DNA of 64,000 nt from Acidimicrobiia bacterium (GTDB taxonomy: Bacteria > Actinomycetota > Acidimicrobiia > Spongiisociales > ZC4RG35). Location: the NCBI GenBank assembly GCA_040905905.1, contig JBBDQN010000029.1, forward strand, positions 47,154-111,153, in the 5' to 3' direction. Positions 1 through 10,266 of this stretch are shown here, piece by piece. How positions within the stretch are numbered: position 1 is the first letter of the stretch; each line of letters starts with the position of its first letter. The position numbers and the translations under genes are program-made. Below the pieces are notes generated by a model. It was not told the DNA's origin and did no database searches. It worked only from the letters and a program-made list of their open reading frames with translations.

Positions 1-516
1 CTTGGCGCGGTAGTCACCGTCCTCCTCATAGTGGCGTTCCGATACACAACCGTTGGACGCCGCTTTCAGGTAGTGGGGGCCAACCCGGTCGCTTCTCAAG
101 TGCTGGGCGTCCGCGTCACCGTCAACCAGATCCTGGCCTATGTGATGGCGGCGGTCCTGTATGCCCTGGCCGGCGTGGCCCTGGCCGGCCTCCTCCGCAG
201 CCCGGGCGTAGCAGCCGGCACGGCCTATCTACTGGGACCGATCGCGGCCGTGGTCATCGGTGGCGCTTCCCTGACCGGCGGTTTGGCCAGCCCCCTTTCA
301 ACCTTTGCTGCCGCTCTCTTCCTCACCGGCCTCAATCAGATGATGAGGACCATCGGGCTTCCGACGGCCCTTCAGTTCGTCGTGTTTGGCCTGGTGATCA
401 TCAGCGGCATGTTGATTTCGGGCGATCGGATCATCAAAGGTGTGGAGCAGGTGTTCCGCGAACGAAGACGACCGAAACGCATCGAAAACGAAACGGTCAC
501 GAGTCCTATCGAGTGA
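1..516 (+). CDS. sugar/ribose-type ABC transporter permease (5' partial)
   Basis: Frame is open from base 1; hydrophobic; GRRFQVVGANP and IAAVVIGGASLTGG motifs of BPD_transp_2 permeases. Confidence 0.9.
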   Translation, partial: LGAVVTVLLIVAFRYTTVGRRFQVVGANPVASQVLGVRVTVNQILAYVMAAVLYALAGVALAGLLRSPGVAAGTAYLLGPIAAVVIGGASLTGGLASPLSTFAAALFLTGLNQMMRTIGLPTALQFVVFGLVIISGMLISGDRIIKGVEQVFRERRRPKRIENETVTSPIE

Positions 517-601
517 ACCGGTTGAGAAAGGAGACACGTATTCCGGCGAGTCTCACACCAAAAGGAAGGACCAGAGCCATGCGCTCTTTCGGAGGAGGAT
601 C

Positions 602-1960
602 ATGAAACGAGAAACCACCATTGTCACCATCGTGCTCGCAGTCGTGATTGCGGCATGCGGTGGCACCGCCGCGACCACGACAGCCGCCCCAACGACTACG
701 GCCACCACCGAGGCCCCAACCACAACGGGCGGGGAAACCACAACAACTGCGAGTAGCGATCCCCTGGCGGAGTTCGGTGAGAGCATTGACGCCGACCCCG
801 CCCTGGTGATGGAGGCACTCGGACCGGTGGAGCCGTCGGACGAGGCGAGCTGGAACATTGTTCTGGCGTCGATCACCCGTGCCCACCAGGATCTGGCTGC
901 TGCCGGTATCGACGTCAACAAGGCGATCGAGTGCTGGAGCCAACAGGAATGCGACACAGGAAGCGGTGGCGACCTGGTGATGGGCTTTGCCGACGGTGGC
1001 GGGAACGACGTGAACGTTTGGCGCTCGGTGAGTCATATGGAGGCCGTACTCCAAGCGCTCACCTATCCGGAGATTGGCACGATCGTCTCCACGGCCGCCA
1101 ACTTCGATGCGGATCCAGCCGTCCATGTCAACCAGTTCCGATTCCTGATCCAACGAGGAGTCGACTTCATCGTGGGTTATCCCGATGTGGGCGTGGCGCT
1201 AGCGGAAGCGGTGAAGGAAGCAACTGCAGCGGGGATCCTCTACGTCCCGTTCTCGGCGGGCTACGTCGGACTCCCTGACCAGGAAGGCGCCGCCATCCCT
1301 GGCGTGGACTACCTGACCGTCGTTGGGGAGGATCTGTGCGCACTCGGTGAGAGCTTCGCCGACGTGCTAAACACAGGTGTCGGTGCAGGCAAGGTCGCCA
1401 TGCTCGGCGGCACCCCCGGGAACGCGCTGTCCCTTGGTTGGCAGCGGTGCTCCATCGGTGCCCTCGGGTCGGACCTCACTCTGGTGAACCCTCCGGCCAA
1501 CGAGAACAGCACCACCGGTGACACCTTCTGGTTCCCACCGGCCATCCCGGACGTGTTCCGGGGGTTGTTGACGACTAACCCGGACATCAACGGCTACGCA
1601 TACGAGTACGCCGACGGGATCTGGTTTGGCCTGCCGGTCTACGAGGAGCTGGGAATCCCAGTGGAGAATCTGACGCTGGCGCTTCGCACCGACGAGCAGA
1701 ACCTGTTCTGCGACTGGGCACAGCGCAACGAGCCGACGTACAAGATCTTCTACTCGGCGGGTGGCAACTTCCAGTCACGGATCGGTGTGACGGCGGCGAT
1801 GATGGCGCTCCAGGGTGCCGAAATACCCGCCACGGTGGTAGTCCCCCATGTGATGCGCGAGGTCACGGCGGCAGACTGCAACACCGCCCGCCCGAACGAA
1901 GCCGTTTCGGGTACGTCCCTCGTGCCTCCAGACGTCTTGGCGACGATGTTCGGCGGATGA
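602..1960 (+). CDS. ABC transporter substrate-binding lipoprotein (periplasmic-binding-protein type I-like)
   Basis: GGAGGAGG RBS before ATG 602; lipobox IAAC; Thr-rich linker; sits between permease and ATPase. Confidence 0.85.
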   Translation: MKRETTIVTIVLAVVIAACGGTAATTTAAPTTTATTEAPTTTGGETTTTASSDPLAEFGESIDADPALVMEALGPVEPSDEASWNIVLASITRAHQDLAAAGIDVNKAIECWSQQECDTGSGGDLVMGFADGGGNDVNVWRSVSHMEAVLQALTYPEIGTIVSTAANFDADPAVHVNQFRFLIQRGVDFIVGYPDVGVALAEAVKEATAAGILYVPFSAGYVGLPDQEGAAIPGVDYLTVVGEDLCALGESFADVLNTGVGAGKVAMLGGTPGNALSLGWQRCSIGALGSDLTLVNPPANENSTTGDTFWFPPAIPDVFRGLLTTNPDINGYAYEYADGIWFGLPVYEELGIPVENLTLALRTDEQNLFCDWAQRNEPTYKIFYSAGGNFQSRIGVTAAMMALQGAEIPATVVVPHVMREVTAADCNTARPNEAVSGTSLVPPDVLATMFGG

Positions 1961-3555
1961 ACAACCGCAATCCCGCAGGAGAGCCGACAGTCCGGGACCT
2001 GGTCCTCGAACTGAAGGGCGTGTCCCGTCAGTTCGGAGCGGTGCGAGCGCTGACCGATGTCAGCTTCGACTGCTTGGCCGGCGAGGTCCACGCTTTGGTC
2101 GGCGAGAACGGCTCCGGCAAGTCGACTCTCCTTGGGATTGCTAGTGGCTTCGTCGAGCCCGATCGGGGAACCGTCCTCATCGGCGGGATGCCGCTACGTC
2201 GTGATTCGCCTGCGCTGGCGAGGAAGCTCGGGTTGGCCATGGCCTACCAGGACACCTCGCTGGTGCAGGCGGAGCCGGTGAAGAACAACCTCTTCCTGGC
2301 TGCGCCTCGAGGGCTGCGCCCTCCCTTCAGACGTCGTAAGCGATGGGCACGCAAACTCTTGGCCGACCTGGACCTCGACCTGGAACTGTTTCCCGATGCT
2401 CCGGCCGGAATGTTGACCCTGGCAGAGCGACAGCTGTTCGAGGTCGCCAAAGCGATGGTCAACGATCCCAAGGTCTTGCTCCTCGACGAGCCGACCACGG
2501 CTCTTGGCCCCGACGAGATCGAAGCGCTGCATCGCTCCGTGGTCGCCTGTCGCCGCCGGGGGATGGGCGTGGTGTACGTGAGTCATCGCCTTCCCGAGGT
2601 GCTCGAGATCGCTGACCGTATAACGGTTCTTAGAGACGGGCGCAACCAGGGCACGTTCGACGCACGGACGACATCGGAGGCGGAGTTGGTCGAGCTGATC
2701 GTCGGCCGACCCTTTGAGGCCGCCTTTCCCCCATCCACCCCAAGGAGCAATGAGCGGCGTGAGGTGCTCGTGGTGGATGGACTCCAGGGCCAGTCGTTCG
2801 GTCCCGTCAGCTTTACCCTTCAGTCCGGCGAGGTGGTCGGAGTAGCGGGCGCGGAAGGCAACGGGCAGCCTCAGCTTTTTGACTGCCTGGCCGGCAGAGT
2901 TCCGCCCCGCGCCGGGCGGGTCGTTTGTGACGGCAAGGAGCTGAATCTGATCTCCACCCACGAAGCGGTGAGTTCTGGCCTGATGCTGCTCCCGGGCGAT
3001 CGCAAGCGAGAGGCACTGGCCACGGTGTTGGGGGTGAGAGTCAACTCGACCATCCAGTCACTGAGGAAGTTCGCCCTGTTTGGCTTCCTGCGACGGCGGG
3101 CCGAGAGGAGTGCGGTGAGGAACCTGGTCGAGCAACTCGAAGTCCGGACCCCGTCCCTGGAACAACCGGTTGAGTTCCTTTCAGGCGGAAACCAGCAGAA
3201 GGTTTCGGTAGCCCGTTCCTTCCTCAGAAACCCTTCAGTGATCCTCGCTTACGAGCCTACCCAGGGGGTTGATGTCGGCTCCAGGTTCGATATCTATCGG
3301 GCGCTTCGCGCCAGGACGGACTCCGGTGCGGCGCTGCTCGTCAAGTCCAGCGACCCCATCGAACTCTCCGGCCTCTGTGATCGCGTCCTCGTCATGTCCC
3401 GCGGCACGATCGTCGAAGAGATCCCGGGTGACGAGCTCGACGAACGTCGTATCACCGAAGCCATCGTTCGCGGTCCCGGACTCTCCAGATCTGGTCGTTC
3501 CCCTCTGGGGGTAGCTATGCCAAGGGCACCCTCGCCAGAGGCAGGCACGTCATGA
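1957..3555 (+). CDS. sugar ABC transporter ATP-binding protein (two NBDs)
   Basis: GENGSGKST Walker A, LLLDEPT, LSGGNQQK; ATGA overlap with the upstream gene. Confidence 0.95.
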   Translation: MNNRNPAGEPTVRDLVLELKGVSRQFGAVRALTDVSFDCLAGEVHALVGENGSGKSTLLGIASGFVEPDRGTVLIGGMPLRRDSPALARKLGLAMAYQDTSLVQAEPVKNNLFLAAPRGLRPPFRRRKRWARKLLADLDLDLELFPDAPAGMLTLAERQLFEVAKAMVNDPKVLLLDEPTTALGPDEIEALHRSVVACRRRGMGVVYVSHRLPEVLEIADRITVLRDGRNQGTFDARTTSEAELVELIVGRPFEAAFPPSTPRSNERREVLVVDGLQGQSFGPVSFTLQSGEVVGVAGAEGNGQPQLFDCLAGRVPPRAGRVVCDGKELNLISTHEAVSSGLMLLPGDRKREALATVLGVRVNSTIQSLRKFALFGFLRRRAERSAVRNLVEQLEVRTPSLEQPVEFLSGGNQQKVSVARSFLRNPSVILAYEPTQGVDVGSRFDIYRALRARTDSGAALLVKSSDPIELSGLCDRVLVMSRGTIVEEIPGDELDERRITEAIVRGPGLSRSGRSPLGVAMPRAPSPEAGTS

Positions 3556-6005
3556 CAGCCAGGATGGATGCGGCCAGGCAAGTTTTCCGCAGGGTCGTGC
3601 GCGACGCCCGGGACAAGAACAAGTGGCGCAAGATCGTCAGGGTCCGGCTTTGGATGCCTGTGGCGCTTCAGGTTCTCCTGCTTGGAGGCCTCCTGTTGTT
3701 CACGAACAACCGATTCCCTGGCTTCATCAACTCCACGAATGTCAATCAAATCCTGATCCTGGCGCTGCCACTCATCGTCGCCACGTTCGCCCAGACGAAT
3801 GCCCTCCTGGTGGGCTACATCGATCTCTCGGTTGGGGCGATGATCAGCCTGGGGGTAGTGACCGCCTCCTTCCTCATCGGCGCCAATGCGACCATGGGCG
3901 GCATCCTCATTGGTGCTGGCATCATCCTTGTCTGCGGGGTGGCCCTGGGCTTGATCAATGCCGGACTGATCCGGGGGATCAGGATCCCGTCGATCATCGC
4001 CACCCTGGCAACCATGAGCATCCTCGATGGCGTCGCCCTCACCCTTCGACCCACCGCCCAAGGGGTAATCAACAGTGGGTTCGTATCAATGCTCACCACT
4101 TCGGTCGGCCCGATTCCGATCGCCTTCATCGTGATCGTCCTGTCCGCGGCCTTGTTGGACCTGTGGCTTCACGGCTCCGGGTCCGGACTCGAGTTGCGTG
4201 CGGTCGGCTTCGACGATCGATCCGCCAAACGAGGCGGCGTCAGGACCAACTGGATTCGAGTCCGCGCTCTCCTTCTCACGGCGGTGTTGGCCGCGGTGGC
4301 CTCCTTCTTCGTCATGGCCCGATCACCCATCGGGAACGCCCAGGTCGGGTCCACCTTCGCCCTCAACAGCATCACTGCTTCGGTGCTGGGAGGTGCATCG
4401 CTGGCCGGGGGACGAGCCACCTTCCTCGGCGGAACTGTGGCTGCGCTCTTGCTTGCCCTCATCCTGACCGTCCTGCCCTATCTCGGTCTATCTCCCAGTG
4501 ACGGGACCATGATCATTGGCCTTCTGATCCTTCTCGGTCTGCTTCTCTTTCAGTTCGGCGACCTCAAAGAGTTGGTCAAGAGGAACTTCCGACGAGCCCG
4601 TCGCCTCGCGATTGGTAGCCGGACGCAACAGACCACGCAGGTGCCTGCGTTTTATCCCGCCGGCACCGACTTCAGAGTGACTCCCACTGGAAGGAAGCTC
4701 ATCCAGGGAGGGACGGTGCTGAGCCTTGATCCCCACGTCGGCGACATGAGCATCGGCGATGTGCTCATCGAGGGAGACCGCATCGTCAAGGTTGGGCCCA
4801 ACCTCGCCAACGGCGAAGCCGAGTTGATCGACGCCACCGGGATGATCGTCATGCCCGGGTTCGTAGACTCCCATCGTCACATCTGGGAGGGCCTCCTCCG
4901 CAACATCGGGACCGACGTTCCGCTCGAGGGACGGACCAGCTACATCTCCTTCGTCCTCCACAAGCTGGCTCCCGCTTTCCGGCCCGAGGACGCCTACATC
5001 GGCAACCTGGTCTCGGCCCTGGGCGCCATCGACGCCGGCATCACCACCCTCCTCGACTGGTCACACATCCAGGGTTCACCCGCACATACCGACGCCGTCA
5101 TCCAGGCCCTCAACGACTCTGGTCTGCGCGGCGTATTCGCCTACGGCTTCCCCTGGTGGGGGAAATGGGAGGAGCGCCAGCCGAGCTGGTTCGTCCGCGC
5201 CGCTACCGAACATTTCTCCACCAAGGACCAGATGCTCACTCTGGCTCTGGCCGCCCCCGGGCCTGAGTTCACCGACTTCGAGGTGTCGCGCGACCACTGG
5301 AAGCTGGCCCGGGAGACCGGGGCCCGGATCACGACCCATGTCGGAGTGGGTACCTATGGCCAGGACGCCAAGGTCCAGGAGATGGGAACGGCCGGACTGC
5401 TCGGTCCTGACACCACCTACATCCACTGCACGACTCTCAACGACACCGAGATCCAGATGATCGTCGACACCGGCGGCACGGTCTCTTTGGCGTCACCAGT
5501 GGAGATGATGATGGGTCACGGCATGCCCCCGATCCAGAAGTTCCTGGACCGCGGACTGCAGCCCAGCCTGAGCGTCGACGTAGAGACCAACGTCCCCGCC
5601 GACATGTTCAACCAGATGAGATCGGTCCTCACCTTGCAGCGTGGTCTTGCCAAGGCGGAGGGCAAGTCGCCGATCTCGCCCCGCGAGGTTCTCTCCTACG
5701 CCACGATCGAAGGAGCTCGGGCCAACGGTCTGGATTCCAAAGTCGGAACTCTCACCCCCGGCAAGCAGGCAGACCTCATCATGCTTCGCACCGACCGTCT
5801 CAACGTGACTCCCCTCAACGATCCGACGACAGCCGTGGTGGTCGGGATGGACACAGGCAACGTGGACACCGTTCTCATCGCCGGGCGCGTGATGAAGCGC
5901 GGCGGCAAGCTCCTCCACGTCGACTGGGGCGCGGTCAAGCGGATGACCAATGCCTCTCGCGACTACGTCATCGAGAAGTCCGGATTCAAACTTCCCAAGA
6001 TCTAG
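3552..6005 (+). CDS. fusion of ABC permease (N-terminal ~340 aa) and metal-dependent amidohydrolase/deaminase (C-terminal ~440 aa)
   Basis: N-half has IDLSVG, IPSIIATLA, VLGGASLAGG; C-half has MPGFVDSHRH, GITT, TTHVG, YIHC, SVDVE, GTLTPGKQADL; one uninterrupted 817-aa ORF. Confidence 0.88.
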   Translation: MTARMDAARQVFRRVVRDARDKNKWRKIVRVRLWMPVALQVLLLGGLLLFTNNRFPGFINSTNVNQILILALPLIVATFAQTNALLVGYIDLSVGAMISLGVVTASFLIGANATMGGILIGAGIILVCGVALGLINAGLIRGIRIPSIIATLATMSILDGVALTLRPTAQGVINSGFVSMLTTSVGPIPIAFIVIVLSAALLDLWLHGSGSGLELRAVGFDDRSAKRGGVRTNWIRVRALLLTAVLAAVASFFVMARSPIGNAQVGSTFALNSITASVLGGASLAGGRATFLGGTVAALLLALILTVLPYLGLSPSDGTMIIGLLILLGLLLFQFGDLKELVKRNFRRARRLAIGSRTQQTTQVPAFYPAGTDFRVTPTGRKLIQGGTVLSLDPHVGDMSIGDVLIEGDRIVKVGPNLANGEAELIDATGMIVMPGFVDSHRHIWEGLLRNIGTDVPLEGRTSYISFVLHKLAPAFRPEDAYIGNLVSALGAIDAGITTLLDWSHIQGSPAHTDAVIQALNDSGLRGVFAYGFPWWGKWEERQPSWFVRAATEHFSTKDQMLTLALAAPGPEFTDFEVSRDHWKLARETGARITTHVGVGTYGQDAKVQEMGTAGLLGPDTTYIHCTTLNDTEIQMIVDTGGTVSLASPVEMMMGHGMPPIQKFLDRGLQPSLSVDVETNVPADMFNQMRSVLTLQRGLAKAEGKSPISPREVLSYATIEGARANGLDSKVGTLTPGKQADLIMLRTDRLNVTPLNDPTTAVVVGMDTGNVDTVLIAGRVMKRGGKLLHVDWGAVKRMTNASRDYVIEKSGFKLPKI

Positions 6006-6006
6006 G

Positions 6007-6067
6007 ACCCCTCTTCTTGCGTACATTCCCGCCGAAAAACGGCGGGAATGTACGCCAGAAGAGGGGT
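6007..6067. repeat. 28-bp inverted repeat (1 mismatch, AAAAA loop); REP-like element and/or terminator
   Basis: ACCCCTCTTCTTGCGTACATTCCCGCCG-AAAAA-CGGCGGGAATGTACGCCAGAAGAGGGGT, starting 1 nt after the fusion gene stop. Confidence 0.9.
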
Positions 6068-6076
6068 TTGTCGCGA

Positions 6077-6235
6077 TCCCAGGCATACGACGCGCTCCAC
6101 GAATGGATTCATCAACCCGACCACGACGAGGGACACGGACCTTGGGAGTCATACGTTGACGACCCAAGAGAGATTGCCGACCAGGCCAAGTTACGAACCG
6201 AGATCCATTGGCCCTTAACCACCTTCGCGCCCTAG
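6077..6235 (+). pseudogene. C-terminal remnant of a GyrI-like small-molecule-binding domain
   Basis: AYDALHEWI...GPWESYVDDP...LRTEIHWPL resembles GyrI-like C-termini; no N-terminus, hairpin directly upstream. Confidence 0.65.
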
Positions 6236-6292
6236 CGAAGCGGTTGCTTTAGTAGGCGCGTAAGTCGGTGACCTGTCTTGGCAAACCGGGCA

Positions 6293-7246
6293 TCAAAGGT
6301 TGATGACAACTTTTCCTTGGGCGTGTCTTGCCTCCAGGTACCGGATCGCCTCAGGGACCTCACCCAAGGGGTAACGCCTGTCTATGACCGGGGTTACTTT
6401 TCCGGCTTCGATGAGTTCTTTCAGAAGAACCAGGTCTTCTTTGCTTCGTTTCGAGAGAAACGGGACCAGCTTCTGGCTGACAAAGGGTGACATCAAGAGC
6501 GCTTTGAGCGCCCGAAGGAGTGGTCGGTCGAATGCACCCACCACTACGAGAATCCCCCTGGGCTTTAAGACGCGCCTGCAAGCTGAGAACGAATGGTTCC
6601 CTACACAATCGAAGATAAGGTCGTAAGGTTGCCCGCCTCGTGTGAAGTCGGCCTGGGTGTAGTCAATAACGCGGTCAGCGCCAATCGATCGGACCATCTC
6701 CACATTCCTTGTGCTGCACACGCCGGTCACTTCCGCTCCGAACGACTTGGCGATCTGCACCGCGAAGGTGCCGACCCCTCCGGCCGCACCGTTGATGAGG
6801 ACTTTGTGCCCGGGCTGAATCTCTCCTTTGTCTCGGAGACCCTGGAGGGCGGTGATTGCTCCCACAGGCACGGCTGCTGCTTGCTCCATGGTCAGGTTGG
6901 CCGGTTTCAGGACCAACCCTTCTTCGGAAACGCAGGCATACTCGGCCAGGGTTCTGACGCTCATGCCGAATACCTCATCGCCTGGTTGAAACTGCGATAC
7001 GTTTTTACCGACCGCTTCCACCCGGCCGGCCATGTCGGCTCCTAGGCCATCGTTCTTTGGTTTGGTCAGACCCTCGCCCGCGCGCATTATGTATGGCCGG
7101 CCTCTCATGCGGTGCCAGTCGAGTGGGTTGACAGAAGCCGCCTGGACTTTCACCAGCACCTGATTGTCCTCAGGAGTGGGGGTTTCGATATCCCGTAGTT
7201 GGAGGACATCTGGCGATCCGTACCTGTCATAGACGATGGCCCTCAT
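6293..7246 (-). CDS. NAD(P)-dependent medium-chain oxidoreductase (quinone oxidoreductase-like MDR)
   Basis: AASVNPLD, GAAGGVGTFAVQIAK, GKVVI motifs. Confidence 0.93.
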   Translation of the reverse strand: MRAIVYDRYGSPDVLQLRDIETPTPEDNQVLVKVQAASVNPLDWHRMRGRPYIMRAGEGLTKPKNDGLGADMAGRVEAVGKNVSQFQPGDEVFGMSVRTLAEYACVSEEGLVLKPANLTMEQAAAVPVGAITALQGLRDKGEIQPGHKVLINGAAGGVGTFAVQIAKSFGAEVTGVCSTRNVEMVRSIGADRVIDYTQADFTRGGQPYDLIFDCVGNHSFSACRRVLKPRGILVVVGAFDRPLLRALKALLMSPFVSQKLVPFLSKRSKEDLVLLKELIEAGKVTPVIDRRYPLGEVPEAIRYLEARHAQGKVVINL

Positions 7247-7263
7247 TACGTGCTCCTAACATT

Positions 7264-7317
7264 CGTACGCTGTAAGATGACTTCTGTCAAGATAGCCATA
7301 CACCGTAAGGCTGTCAA
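7264..7317 (-). promoter_or_regulatory. promoter of the MDR gene with two candidate TetR operators
   Basis: Minus strand TTGACA (7317-7312)-N17-TATCTT (7294-7289); imperfect palindromes CGTACGCTGTAAG (7264-7276) and CATACACCGTAAG (7297-7309). Confidence 0.65.
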
Positions 7318-7337
7318 CCCATCCGAGAGATATACAG

Positions 7338-8009
7338 ATGGCTACTCAAACTGATGCAAGCCCCGAGCCCCGTATCCCATTGAGCAAAGAGCGGGTTCTG
7401 CGGGCAGCCATCAGCCTCGCTGATGAGGGTGGAATCGAGGCACTCACGATGCGCAAGCTCGCTCAGGAACTCGGGGTCGAGGCGATGTCGCTCTACTACC
7501 ACGTCAACAACAAGGACGACATCCTGGATGGCATCGTCGATACCGTGGTTAGCGAGATCGACTTGCCTTCCAAGAAAGCCGACTGGAAGACGGCCATACG
7601 CCAAAGCGCAATTTCAGCCCACGACGTTCTCTTACGCCATCCATGGGCATGCAGACTCATGTTGTCCCACACCAGGGTCCTGCTCGGGCGGTTGCGCTAC
7701 ATGGACTCTTTGCTCGCCGCTCTTCGGGAGGGGGGCTTCTCGCCGGAGATGACCCACCACGCCTATCACGCCCTGGACAGCCACATCATGGGTTTCACGT
7801 TATGGGAGGCGAGCTTTACGTTCACCGCCGAGGATCTTCCAAAGCTCGGGGCAACCTTCCTCCAGGAGCTACCAACCGGCGAGTACCCCTACTTAGTCGA
7901 ACACGTCGAGCAGCACCTCAAGGAGTCCAGCCAGGAGGAGGAAGGCGAGTTCGAGTTCGGGCTCGATCTGATCCTTGACGGCCTCGAGAGGCTCCTGGCA
8001 ACGACTTGA
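7338..8009 (+). CDS. TetR family regulator with TetR_C domain
   Basis: LTMRKLAQELGVEAMSLYYHV HTH; FEFGLDLILDGL C-terminus; divergent from the MDR gene. Confidence 0.95.
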   Translation: MATQTDASPEPRIPLSKERVLRAAISLADEGGIEALTMRKLAQELGVEAMSLYYHVNNKDDILDGIVDTVVSEIDLPSKKADWKTAIRQSAISAHDVLLRHPWACRLMLSHTRVLLGRLRYMDSLLAALREGGFSPEMTHHAYHALDSHIMGFTLWEASFTFTAEDLPKLGATFLQELPTGEYPYLVEHVEQHLKESSQEEEGEFEFGLDLILDGLERLLATT

Positions 8010-8041
8010 GAGAGGCCGAACGTTGCTTCAGATAGTTGGCT

Positions 8042-10150
8042 TCATACGGGTTTCAGATCGAGGCGTCGCAATAGTTGGGCGTTGATGGCGACGATCACTG
8101 TGGAGGCGCTCATCAGCACCGCCGCCGCGGCTGGGGCAAGGACGATCCCGGCCCAAGCCAGGGCCCCGGCGGCAAGGGGGATGGCGACCACGTTATATCC
8201 TGTGGCCCAAACAAGATTTTGGATCATCTTGCGGTATCCGGCCTGGGAGAGCCGGCGGATCCCGACTACTCCTCTTGGGTCGTCGGAGGCGAGAACGATC
8301 CCGGCCGATTCGATGGCCACATCGGTGCCGGCGCCGATAGCGATGCCGACGTCGGCCTGGGCCAAGGCGGGGGCATCATTTACTCCGTCACCAACCATCG
8401 CCACTCGCAACCCTCCTCGTTGTAGTTCAGCAACCCTGGAGTGCTTGTCCTCAGGTAGAACTTCGGCAAGAATTTCGTCGATTTCGAGCTCGTCTCCTAC
8501 CGCCTGGGCGACCTGGTGGGCATCACCCGTGATCAGTGCCACCCGCACTCCAAGCTGGTGGAGCTGGCTCACCGCCTGGCGGGATTCGGGTCGGATTTCG
8601 TCTTCCAGGGAAAGCGCACCGTATACCTTTCCGTCCTTGATCACGTAGAGGATGGCGGCCCCTCGCTCTTTCCAACCGTCGGCTGAAGCCCTCACGGGAT
8701 CAGGCACCTCGAGACTCCGCTCCCGGATAAGGGCCGGCCCCCCGACCGCAACCTCCGAATTCCCGATATTCGCTTCCACCCCGCGGCCACTCATCGATCG
8801 GAAACCGGACGCCACCGGGACCTCACTTTCCCGGGCCGCGGTGACTATGGCTCGCGCCAACGGATGCTCCGAGTCGGCCTCGACGGCAGCGGCGAGGGCT
8901 AATAGTCCGGCTTCGTCCCCGTCGATGGCCGTGACGGCAGTAACACGATGACTCCCCTTGGTCAGGGTGCCGGTCTTGTCAAACAGGACCACGTCAACGC
9001 TTCGCATCCGTTCCAGGGCGAGCCGGTCCTTGACCAGGATCCCGTTGCGGGCGGCGAGACCAGTGGAGATGGCGATCACCAGCGGTATCGCCAGACCGAG
9101 GGCGTGGGGACAGGCGATCACGAGTACCGCGACCGTCCGTACCACCGCCTGATCCGGCATTCCGGCAACCAGCCATGCCACCGCGGTTGTAGCCGCGGCG
9201 GCAATCGCGATATAGAACAGGAGAGCTGCCGCCCGGTCGGCGAGCACCTGGGCCCTGGAGCGAGACTGTTGGGCCTGGGCGACCAGCCGTTGGATCCCGG
9301 CCAGGGCGGTGTCATCGCCGACCGCCTCGACCTTGACACGCATCGACGTGTCGGTGGCCACGGTGCCCGCTATCACCCTGTCGCCCGGACGCTTGGCGAC
9401 CGGCTTCGATTCGCCGGTCACCATCGACTCGTCGATTTCGACCTCACCCTCGAAGATCGCTCCGTCGGCGGGGACCCGACCACCGGGTCTGACCAGCACC
9501 AGATCACCCACCCGAAGCGCTCCCACCGGCACTGTTTCGATCCCACTACCGGTGATCCGTTCGGCCTCGTCGGGCAACAGTTCTGCCAAAGCGGCCAAGG
9601 CTCCCCGGGCCTGGCCGATGGCGCGCATTTCCATCCAATGCCCGAGGAGCATGATCGTGATCAGGGCGGCCAGCTCCCACCAGAATTCGAGATCGAACCA
9701 GCCCAATGTGGTGGCCAGTGAGGCGGAGAAAGCGACGGCGATCGCCATCCCGATCAGCAGCATCATCCCCGGCCGGCGGTCCCGAACCTCCTCAACGGCC
9801 CCTTTCAGGAACGGCGCACCGCCATAGATAAAGATCACCGTCCCCAGCACCGGTGCTACCAACTCAGAGCCCGGGAAATCAGGAGTGCGGTAGCCCAACC
9901 ACTCCTGGATCATCTCGCTGAAGAGGATGACTGGCAGGGTCAGCACAAACGAGAGCCAGAATCGATCCCGGAACATGGCCACGCTGTGGCCGGCATGTTT
10001 GTCATGTCCGCCCGCGTGGCCGTCATGGTCGGGCCCGGTGTGACCTGCGGTAGTGTGCCGGTGAGACGCTGACGGGTCGTTGCTCACAGCCGCGGCAGGC
10101 TCGTGGGCCTTTTGACCCTTGTCGTGATCCTGATAGTCATGACCTGTCAT
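8042..10150 (-). CDS. copB: copper-translocating P1B-type ATPase (CopB-like)
   Basis: His-rich N-terminus, [22 protein letters not shown] and MSAST motifs; GGAG RBS before ATG 10150. Confidence 0.9.
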   Translation of the reverse strand: MTGHDYQDHDKGQKAHEPAAAVSNDPSASHRHTTAGHTGPDHDGHAGGHDKHAGHSVAMFRDRFWLSFVLTLPVILFSEMIQEWLGYRTPDFPGSELVAPVLGTVIFIYGGAPFLKGAVEEVRDRRPGMMLLIGMAIAVAFSASLATTLGWFDLEFWWELAALITIMLLGHWMEMRAIGQARGALAALAELLPDEAERITGSGIETVPVGALRVGDLVLVRPGGRVPADGAIFEGEVEIDESMVTGESKPVAKRPGDRVIAGTVATDTSMRVKVEAVGDDTALAGIQRLVAQAQQSRSRAQVLADRAAALLFYIAIAAAATTAVAWLVAGMPDQAVVRTVAVLVIACPHALGLAIPLVIAISTGLAARNGILVKDRLALERMRSVDVVLFDKTGTLTKGSHRVTAVTAIDGDEAGLLALAAAVEADSEHPLARAIVTAARESEVPVASGFRSMSGRGVEANIGNSEVAVGGPALIRERSLEVPDPVRASADGWKERGAAILYVIKDGKVYGALSLEDEIRPESRQAVSQLHQLGVRVALITGDAHQVAQAVGDELEIDEILAEVLPEDKHSRVAELQRGGLRVAMVGDGVNDAPALAQADVGIAIGAGTDVAIESAGIVLASDDPRGVVGIRRLSQAGYRKMIQNLVWATGYNVVAIPLAAGALAWAGIVLAPAAAAVLMSASTVIVAINAQLLRRLDLKPV

Positions 10151-10266
10151 TGTGGCTTCTCCGGAAGATGAGCTGACCATTCAGTGACCGATGGCGCGTC
10201 GCCGGCCTCTGCGAGCCGTCTTCCGGAGGCCAACACCGCTTGGGCACGGCTCGATAGGATCCGGCC

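Noticed and set aside
660-750. ACC/ACG/ACA-rich repetitive stretch
   Set aside because: It encodes the Thr-rich linker of a lipoprotein; there is no repeat-spacer structure, so it is not CRISPR
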